Positions 1 to 4,950 of a DNA stretch of 5,869 bases are shown here, in pieces. This stretch comes from Nanopusillaceae archaeon (GTDB taxonomy: Archaea; Nanobdellota; Nanobdellia; Nanobdellales; Nanobdellaceae), in the NCBI GenBank assembly GCA_049974095.1, contig JBMFJD010000017.1, forward strand, positions 1-5,869, written 5' to 3'. Each line of letters starts with the position of its first letter. The first letter of the stretch is position 1. The position numbers and the translations under genes were made by a program. Below the pieces are notes generated by a model. That model saw only the letters and a program-made list of their open reading frames with translations. It was not told where the DNA came from and made no database searches.

Positions 1-152
1 GAAATTATAAAGATATTAGTAATATAATAAAAGATGAATATTATAATAAGTATGATGTAGATATATCAAAGAAGATATTAGATTTAGATAATGAATATAA
101 AGATATAGTAGAGGATTTATATAATATTGATATATTGAAATTTTTAAATTAG
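1..152 (+). CDS. 3' end of a CDS truncated by the window start (first full codon at nt 3). Probably a fourth member of the tandem paralog family downstream.
   Basis: Frame 3 is open from nt 3 to TAG at 150-152: NYKDISNIIKDEYYNKYDVDISKKILDLDNEYKDIVEDLYNIDILKFLN*. It shares DISKK, an acidic D/Y/E-rich tail and a short hydrophobic C-terminus with paralog C (FDISKKLNEY...YDNIDIDKLLI*). The same TAG + T-run + GTTTTGATG junction follows it. The ORF track omits it because it has no start in the window. Confidence 0.55.
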   Translation, partial: NYKDISNIIKDEYYNKYDVDISKKILDLDNEYKDIVEDLYNIDILKFLN

Positions 153-168
153 TTTTTTGGTTTTGATG
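150..168 (+). repeat. Gene-junction unit A: TAG stop + T6 + GG + GTTTTGATG. This is an orphan gene start; only a 9-codon mini-ORF follows.
   Basis: Sequence is TAGTTTTTTGGTTTTGATG, with the exact 9-mer at 160-168. The ATG at 166 opens only MFFKRKNKY* (166-195). Confidence 0.6.
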
Positions 169-227
169 TTTTTCAAAAGAAAAAATAAATATTAAAAAAG
201 TTATACTATAAAAAAGTTTTTTCATGG

Positions 228-279
228 AAATGTTTATTTATTGACAAATATTTATAAATATTTTCTATAACATTATTTT
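228..279 (+). promoter_or_regulatory. Promoter-like AT-rich spacer upstream of CDS 280-729 (TATA-box-like or sigma70-like elements).
   Basis: Elements: AAATGTTTAT (228-237, also at 3783-3792); AAATATTTATAA (246-257, also at 2049-2060); TTTATAAATA (251-260) beginning 29 nt before the ATG at 280. An alternative reading is TTGACA (241-246), a 19-nt spacer, then TATAAC (266-271). Either reading puts the transcription start at or next to the ATG, giving a leaderless mRNA. There is no SD. AT-rich DNA produces such matches by chance. Confidence 0.35.
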
Positions 280-729
280 ATGGCGTTGGAAATAACAAAG
301 GAAATAATAGATGCATTAAATGAAGAGGTAGAGACGGTAGGGGATAAAATGAGAAATATAGAAATAGCAACAATAAAGATTGTAGATAACAAAGTTTTGG
401 AAGTACAACTTTCAAATAAACAATATCCTTTTAGGGTAGCGTTAACTGATGAGACGGAATTATTAATATCAAATAAAGAATTAATAAATATATGGGTTAA
501 ATACATGAAAGAGATGTTTAGGGAGTATGAGGTAAGTTATTATAATTATAGTGATGAGGATGGGGATAATTTATATGTAAGGTTTACGGTATATAAAAAA
601 TTCAATGATAAACTTATGAATATGATAACCTGGGATTTTCAAATTAGGAATAAAAAAAGTATTAGCATACCATCAGATTTATTGAAAAGGTTTGTTTATG
701 AAAAGTTTAATATTATTTTTGTTTATTAG
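280..729 (+). CDS. Hypothetical protein, 149 aa, no recognisable domain.
   Basis: ORF track 280..729. It has an ATG start, the same purine-rich, C-poor codon usage as its neighbours, and a TAG stop embedded in junction unit B. I recognised no catalytic or binding motif. Confidence 0.7.
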   Translation: MALEITKEIIDALNEEVETVGDKMRNIEIATIKIVDNKVLEVQLSNKQYPFRVALTDETELLISNKELINIWVKYMKEMFREYEVSYYNYSDEDGDNLYVRFTVYKKFNDKLMNMITWDFQIRNKKSISIPSDLLKRFVYEKFNIIFVY

Positions 730-749
730 TTTTTTTTATTGTTTTGATG
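727..749 (+). repeat. Gene-junction unit B: TAG stop + T8 + ATT + GTTTTGATG.
   Basis: Sequence is TAGTTTTTTTTATTGTTTTGATG. TAG at 727-729 ends the upstream CDS and ATG at 747-749 starts the next. Confidence 0.65.
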
Positions 750-1592
750 AATGCAAAAAGTAAATTGCTAGGGGAAATAAAATATTATTTAGAGAAATTT
801 AGGAAAAGGGGATTAGAGGTTAATATAAGGGAATGGAAAACAATGATGGAAATAGAGATTAATTATATTAACTTTGAAAAACAAAAAGAAATTATTAATG
901 AACTTATAAAAGTACATGAAATAAAGAAAAAATATTTAAGAAATAAGGAATTAGAGTATTTTAATAGATTATTAGAGGATTATTTACGTATTAGGATAAC
1001 ACATTATTTTATTAATAAAAAATTGAATGAATTGAAAAGGGTAAGAGATGGGTTAAAAAGTTTGTATGAAAATTATGATGAAAATGAATATTTGGAACAA
1101 TTAAAAAGCGAAATAGAAATTAAATTTAATAGATTGCTAGAGGATATAAAGGATATTGAAAATAAGGAAAAAGAAATAAAGAGATTAATAGAGAAATATT
1201 TAAAGTATTTGAATAAGGAAATTGAATATGATGAGGAAATAAAAGGGATTGAGGAATGGATGAATAAGGGAGGATTTAAGAATAGTAAATTAATGAGGAT
1301 TATAAAAGATAAAATAAAGAGTATATTAAATAATAAAAATATTAAGTTATTTTGGTTTGGTAATGGTATGATTTTAGTAATGGTTTATGAAAATAAATAT
1401 TTCTATAGAGGATGGATTTATGAAAATAATAAGTTTTATGTTATTGATTTAAGAAATAATAAGTATATGGATGTAAGTAATTTTATAGGTAATAGGTATG
1501 GGGGAAGAATATTAAAAATGCTGGGGGATGATAGAGATAGAGATATAATTTATGATATAAGGGAAAGGTCAATATATGATTTTTTAGTTTAG
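747..1592 (+). CDS. Paralog A of an uncharacterised three-part family: N-terminal alpha/beta region, central K/E/L-rich helical region, C-terminal beta-rich region.
   Basis: ORF track 744..1592 starts at TTG. I prefer the ATG at 747 supplied by the junction 9-mer. Full-length similarity to 2090-2962 and 2976-3773: NFEKQKEII; LNELKRVRDGLKSLYENYDENEYLEQL; KYLKYLNKEIEYDEEI; NKFYVIDLRNNKYMDVS. I recognised no known domain. Confidence 0.85.
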   Translation: MNAKSKLLGEIKYYLEKFRKRGLEVNIREWKTMMEIEINYINFEKQKEIINELIKVHEIKKKYLRNKELEYFNRLLEDYLRIRITHYFINKKLNELKRVRDGLKSLYENYDENEYLEQLKSEIEIKFNRLLEDIKDIENKEKEIKRLIEKYLKYLNKEIEYDEEIKGIEEWMNKGGFKNSKLMRIIKDKIKSILNNKNIKLFWFGNGMILVMVYENKYFYRGWIYENNKFYVIDLRNNKYMDVSNFIGNRYGGRILKMLGDDRDRDIIYDIRERSIYDFLV

Positions 1593-1606
1593 TTTTTGTT
1601 TTGATG
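1590..1606 (+). repeat. Gene-junction unit C: TAG stop + T5 + GTTTTGATG.
   Basis: Sequence is TAGTTTTTGTTTTGATG. TAG at 1590-1592 ends paralog A and ATG at 1604-1606 starts the next CDS. Confidence 0.65.
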
Positions 1607-2014
1607 GCGGAAAACAACAATTCGGATTTGGTTTTTAAATTGAGAAATGGAAAATTAGAAGAGAAAGATATAGCGGAATTAGTAAAAAGGGCATTAGAAG
1701 AAAGAAATGAGGAAAGTTATTATTTATTGAAAGTTAGGGAATGGGACGAAGTATATGAAAGGTATGAAAGTATAAAAGAAGTAAAAATTATTTATGGAAA
1801 TGCGGAAAAGATATTAATAAATGAGGAATATAATTATGATGAGAAAAGAAAAGAAAGAGAATATATAATAATTCCAAAAGATAGATTGGTTATATTATTG
1901 GATAGAGAATATGTATATTCAGAAAGTAAAGGGGAAAGGGAGGGGCTTACGGTTTTTGTATTTACTGGCGATGGCTGGCATTCTCATACAGTCTCTGAAA
2001 TAAATTATTTCTAA
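1604..2014 (+). CDS. Hypothetical protein, about 136 aa, no recognisable domain.
   Basis: ORF track 1601..2014 starts at TTG; the ATG is at 1604. It has the same compositional signature as its neighbours and a TAA stop followed by a doubled T-run/TAG unit. The C-terminus GLTVFVFTGDGWHSHTVSEINYF looks beta-rich. No motif recognised. Confidence 0.7.
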   Translation: MAENNNSDLVFKLRNGKLEEKDIAELVKRALEERNEESYYLLKVREWDEVYERYESIKEVKIIYGNAEKILINEEYNYDEKRKEREYIIIPKDRLVILLDREYVYSESKGEREGLTVFVFTGDGWHSHTVSEINYF

Positions 2015-2039
2015 TTTTTTAGTTTTTTTAGTTTTGATG
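2012..2039 (+). repeat. Gene-junction unit D: TAA stop + T6 + AG + T7 + A + GTTTTGATG. This is an orphan gene start; only a 7-codon mini-ORF follows.
   Basis: Sequence is TAATTTTTTAGTTTTTTTAGTTTTGATG, with the exact 9-mer at 2031-2039. The ATG at 2037 opens only MIFNKYL* (2037-2060). Confidence 0.6.
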
Positions 2040-2040
2040 A

Positions 2041-2083
2041 TTTTCAATAAATATTTATAAGGTTTTAATATAATTATATTATA
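2041..2083 (+). promoter_or_regulatory. Promoter-like AT-rich spacer upstream of paralog B.
   Basis: AAATATTTATAA (2049-2060) is identical to 246-257. TTTATAAGG starts at 2054, 30 nt before G2084 of the next GTTTTGATG. A second TATA-like run, TTTTAATATAAT, lies at 2063-2074. An alternative sigma70-like reading is TTGATG (2034-2039), a 16-nt spacer, then TATAAG (2056-2061). Confidence 0.35.
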
Positions 2084-2092
2084 GTTTTGATG
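2082..2092 (+). repeat. Gene-start unit E: TAGTTTTGATG, with no upstream CDS stop attached.
   Basis: The exact 9-mer is at 2084-2092. ATG at 2090-2092 starts paralog B. Confidence 0.6.
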
Positions 2093-2962
2093 GAAGAGGA
2101 AGAAAAAATATTAAAAGAAATAAAAGAAATAGTAGAAAGGTTTAGGGATAGAGGGTTAAAGATAGAGATGGAAGAAAAGGATAATATGATAAGTATACTT
2201 ATGACATATGAAAATTTTGAAAAACAAAGGGAGATAATAGGGAGTATTTCAAAAAAGTATAAAATAAGGTTAAATAGGGTAAGGAAAGAATATTTAAAAT
2301 ATGTTAAAAAGCTTTTAGAGGAACCTAAAACTATAATAGTTTATTATGTTTTAGCATATAAGAATAAAGATAATTTATTAGAGGTAAAGGAATTTTTAGA
2401 GGAAAGTTATAATAAGGATGATGAAAATTATTATTTACAATTGTTAAAGGAAAAATTAGAAAATGAATTTAATAATTTTGTTAAAGAAAATATAAAACCA
2501 TATTTAGAAAGAGAGGAAAAACAATATGCATTATTAAAGAAATATTTAAAGTATTTAAATAAAGAAGTTGATTATAATGAGGAAATAGAAAATATTGAAT
2601 CTTTATTAAATAGGGTTTATTATAAAGGGGATTATCATTTAAGTGATGATATATATAAACTATATGCATTAATAAGGAAAAAAGTAAGGATGGTTATTAA
2701 TCAAAAAAATATTAAATATATTAAAATTGATCATGGTATTTTACTTATTATGACATATAAATACAATTTTAGTGATGAATCAGATATTATATATGAAAAA
2801 AATAAGTTTTACTTAATTGATTTTAGGAATAATAAGGTTATGGATATTAGCAATACTATAGAAAAAGAATATACGGGAGGGGTATTAGAGGTTATTGATG
2901 AGAATAATTTATATATATTGGATGATTTACGTAAAAGGAATATATACGAGTTATTAATTTAG
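2090..2962 (+). CDS. Paralog B of the uncharacterised family.
   Basis: ORF track 2087..2962 starts at TTG; the ATG is at 2090. Shared blocks with A and C: NFEKQREII; KYLKYLNKEVDYNEEI; NKFYLIDFRNNKVMDIS; C-terminal NIYELLI*. Confidence 0.85.
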   Translation: MEEEEKILKEIKEIVERFRDRGLKIEMEEKDNMISILMTYENFEKQREIIGSISKKYKIRLNRVRKEYLKYVKKLLEEPKTIIVYYVLAYKNKDNLLEVKEFLEESYNKDDENYYLQLLKEKLENEFNNFVKENIKPYLEREEKQYALLKKYLKYLNKEVDYNEEIENIESLLNRVYYKGDYHLSDDIYKLYALIRKKVRMVINQKNIKYIKIDHGILLIMTYKYNFSDESDIIYEKNKFYLIDFRNNKVMDISNTIEKEYTGGVLEVIDENNLYILDDLRKRNIYELLI

Positions 2963-2978
2963 TTTTATTGTTTTGATG
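2960..2978 (+). repeat. Gene-junction unit F: TAG stop + T4 + ATT + GTTTTGATG.
   Basis: Sequence is TAGTTTTATTGTTTTGATG. TAG at 2960-2962 ends paralog B and ATG at 2976-2978 starts paralog C. Confidence 0.65.
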
Positions 2979-3773
2979 GATAGTTTATTATGGGAGATTA
3001 GGATTTTGTTAGAAAAATTAGTTAAGGATAAGGGATTATATGTGTATGAAAAAGAAAAGGTAGGGGATTCATGGATAGATATCAATATATATTATACAAA
3101 TGTTAAAAAACAAAAAGAGATGGTAGAGGAATTATTAAGAAAAAATAATATTGATAAAAGGTATTATAGATTTTTTAGTGATTTATTGGATAAAAGTTAT
3201 AAAATTGAAATTCTTAGTGATTACGTAAGTAAAAGAATGAATGAATTAAGAAAATTAAGGGATAAATTGAAAGAAATATATGAAAATTTTAGGGAGGATG
3301 ATTATTTAAGAAAATTAGAGGATAATATAAATGAGGAATTTAAATATGATTTAGAGGATTTAAATAATTATTTAAAAGAAGAAAAATTATATTTGGATTA
3401 TTTAAATGGAAAAATTGATTATAATAAGGATATAAAAGATTTTGAGGATGATTTAATTTTTAGTGATGAATTAAAATATAAATCATGGATCTATAGAAAA
3501 ATAAAAAGATATATTAAGAAATTATTGAATAGTAGGAAATTTAAAATTATATGGATTAAAAGAGGGTTTGTTTTAGTAATATTATATAAAGATAAAGGGG
3601 ATTTTGGAAATGGTAAACATGTATATTTTTATAATAAGTTTTACTTAATTGATTTGAGAAATAATAAAATATTTGATATAAGTAAAAAATTGAATGAATA
3701 TATTGATGAGTTTAGGGATGATGATATATTTGATATGTATGATAATATAGATATAGATAAATTATTAATATAG
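2976..3773 (+). CDS. Paralog C of the uncharacterised family.
   Basis: ORF track 2973..3773 starts at TTG; the ATG is at 2976. Shared blocks: NVKKQKEMV; MNELRKLRDKLKEIYENFREDDYLRKL; LYLDYLNGKIDYNKDI; NKFYLIDLRNNKIFDIS; C-terminal IDKLLI*. The translated protein has no Ala, Pro or Cys. Confidence 0.85.
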   Translation: MDSLLWEIRILLEKLVKDKGLYVYEKEKVGDSWIDINIYYTNVKKQKEMVEELLRKNNIDKRYYRFFSDLLDKSYKIEILSDYVSKRMNELRKLRDKLKEIYENFREDDYLRKLEDNINEEFKYDLEDLNNYLKEEKLYLDYLNGKIDYNKDIKDFEDDLIFSDELKYKSWIYRKIKRYIKKLLNSRKFKIIWIKRGFVLVILYKDKGDFGNGKHVYFYNKFYLIDLRNNKIFDISKKLNEYIDEFRDDDIFDMYDNIDIDKLLI

Positions 3774-3819
3774 GTTTTTGATAAATGTTTATATGTGTTT
3801 TTTATAATATATAATATAA
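3774..3819 (+). promoter_or_regulatory. Promoter-like AT-rich spacer upstream of the AAA+ ATPase gene.
   Basis: A degenerate junction, TAGGTTTTTGATAAATG, lies at 3771-3787. AAATGTTTAT (3783-3792) is identical to 228-237. TTTATATG (3788-3795) starts 32 nt before G3820. TTTATAATAT lies at 3801-3810. An alternative sigma70-like reading is TTGATA (3778-3783), a 19-nt spacer, then TATAAT (3803-3808). Confidence 0.35.
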
Positions 3820-3828
3820 GTTTTGATG
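3818..3828 (+). repeat. Gene-start unit G: AAGTTTTGATG.
   Basis: The exact 9-mer is at 3820-3828. ATG at 3826-3828 starts the ATPase CDS. Confidence 0.6.
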
Positions 3829-4950
3829 ACGGAAAAACAAAGTAATTTATTAAGAATATTTGAGAGAGCTAGAAAAGAAAAGGTAGCAATAGGATTGTTT
3901 GGGGGTTATGGAATAGGAAAGAGTAGTTTGATTTATCAATATTCATTAATGAAAAGTATGGAATCTGGTAGAGAATTAAAAATATGGCATGAATTGACGG
4001 AGAGAGAGAAAAAAGAGATATTAGAAAATCCTGAAAAGTACTTTATAGTAGTAGATATTAAGGGTAGCTTAATATCTTTGGATAATTTAGTTATACCAAT
4101 ACCTGTAAATGATGGGATAAAATGGGAGGTACCTTTATGGATGAAAGTATTAGAAAATGAGAAAAGTATGGGGATATTATTTATTGATGAGGTTAATATG
4201 ACATTACCATCATTACAAAGTTTATTATTTGAATTAGTATTTCAAAGAAAGTTGGGAGAAAGTACAATAAAGGGGGATGTATTAATAATTACTGCGGGAA
4301 ATGATCTAGAAAGCAATAATGTAGCTAAAGAATTACCACAACCACTTATAAATAGAATGATATTTATTAATGCAAATGAAATATTTGACATTGATGCATG
4401 GTTAGAATATGCAAAAAATGTTAATATTGATAATAGAATAATAGGATGGGTATTATTTAATAATAGAAATATTAGTTATTCTAATGATGTTATGAAACAA
4501 TCAACCACACCTAGATCTTTGGAAATGTTAAGTAAGATGATTAATGGGGAAAAAGATATGAATTATATAAGAATGGTAGCATATGGATTATTAGAACCTA
4601 ATGATGCATTACAATTTACTGCATTTATAGAATTATATGAAAAGTTTAGTGATATAGATAAGTATATTGATAATATTGAATTATTATATGATCTTAAGGA
4701 AGATGAGAGGATAATAATTATGATGAAAATAACAGAAAGATATATTAATGATAAGTTAACATTAGAGAAATATTATAATATATTGGATGGGTTAAGTAAT
4801 ATAAGTAAAATGTTAGTGGTATTTTCATTAAGGTATTTGAAATATCAAAATAGTGATAAGTTTAAGATATTGTTAGATAAGGTAATAAAAGAAAATGGTA
4901 AGGTTTACAATTTGTTAGGGCAAATGTTAGAATTTGAAAATAAATTATGA
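3826..4950 (+). CDS. MoxR-like (AAA_5 / CbbQ-NorQ-GvpN type) AAA+ ATPase.
   Basis: Walker A GGYGIGKS (3901-3924). Walker B ILFIDE (4174-4191). Sensor-1-like LIITAGN (Asn at 4300-4302). PLINRM follows at the position of the MoxR-type ALLDRF arginine motif. The single AAA+ core is followed by a helical C-terminal region of about 190 aa. The gene sits directly upstream of, and overlaps, a VWA-type partner, which is the classic MoxR arrangement. ORF track 3823..4950 starts at TTG. Confidence 0.85.
   Translation: MTEKQSNLLRIFERARKEKVAIGLFGGYGIGKSSLIYQYSLMKSMESGRELKIWHELTEREKKEILENPEKYFIVVDIKGSLISLDNLVIPIPVNDGIKWEVPLWMKVLENEKSMGILFIDEVNMTLPSLQSLLFELVFQRKLGESTIKGDVLIITAGNDLESNNVAKELPQPLINRMIFINANEIFDIDAWLEYAKNVNIDNRIIGWVLFNNRNISYSNDVMKQSTTPRSLEMLSKMINGEKDMNYIRMVAYGLLEPNDALQFTAFIELYEKFSDIDKYIDNIELLYDLKEDERIIIMMKITERYINDKLTLEKYYNILDGLSNISKMLVVFSLRYLKYQNSDKFKILLDKVIKENGKVYNLLGQMLEFENKL

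Noticed and set aside
166-195. Mini-ORFs after orphan junction motifs as real micropeptide genes: MFFKRKNKY at 166-195, MIFNKYL at 2037-2060 and MFICVFYNI at 3785-3814.
   Set aside because: They are 7-9 codons long, share no peptide sequence, and their stops fall within TATA-like or AT-rich regulatory sequence. They are better explained as by-products of the conserved DNA/RNA signal. A regulatory uORF-like role cannot be excluded.
16-225. Minus-strand ORF of 69 aa (MKKLFYSITFLIFIFSF...) with a hydrophobic N-terminus resembling a signal or TM segment.
   Set aside because: It is the antisense reading of a purine-rich + strand, which automatically yields F/I/L/Y-rich pseudo-hydrophobic peptides. 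It overlaps the + strand CDS end (1-152) and the conserved spacer elements. It has no upstream signal and would be the only minus-strand gene.
241-271. A bacterial sigma70 promoter, TTGACA-19 nt-TATAAC, with analogous TTGATA-19 nt-TATAAT at 3778-3808 and TTGATG-16 nt-TATAAG at 2034-2061.
   Set aside because: I did not adopt this as the primary call. The 19-nt spacers are suboptimal, such hexamers arise easily in AT-rich DNA, and the complete lack of SD sequences fits a bacterial reading poorly. I keep it as an explicit alternative in the promoter features.
273-506. Minus-strand ORF of 77 aa.
   Set aside because: It lies almost entirely antisense to CDS 280-729, has low-complexity pyrimidine-codon composition and has no start context. 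It is an expected artefact in DNA this AT-rich.
1360-1470. A PD-(D/E)xK nuclease-like reading of the paralog C-terminal region (VYENK ... IDLRNNK).
   Set aside because: The acidic and lysine positions are not conserved among the three copies (VYENK / TYKYN / LYKDK). No supporting upstream Asp/Glu motif is evident.
2481-2669. Minus-strand ORF of 62 aa.
   Set aside because: It is embedded antisense within the most conserved part of paralog B, whose + strand frame is supported by homology to two other copies.
727-2978. TAG might be read through or recoded, with the real stop at the TGA inside GTTTTGATG (a UGAUG overlap at every junction).
   Set aside because: The motif TGA is in frame with the upstream TAG at only two junctions (727 to 745, and 1590 to 1602). 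It is out of frame at the others (150 to 164, 2960 to 2974, 2012 to 2035). A consistent read-through design is therefore not supported.
150-2978. An integron-like cassette array, with the junctions acting as attC-type recombination sites.
   Set aside because: The junctions are 17-23 nt of T-rich sequence without the imperfect inverted-repeat structure of attC sites. No integrase is visible in the window. Cassette exchange at the junctions remains only a weak speculation under the main junction finding.
150-3828. The repeated GTTTTG... motifs could be CRISPR repeats or another interspersed repeat array.
   Set aside because: The conserved unit is only 9-23 nt. Spacings are gene-sized and irregular (about 50 to 1400 nt). 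Every interval is a long ORF, and each motif ends in a start codon. This is a gene-boundary signal, not a CRISPR array.
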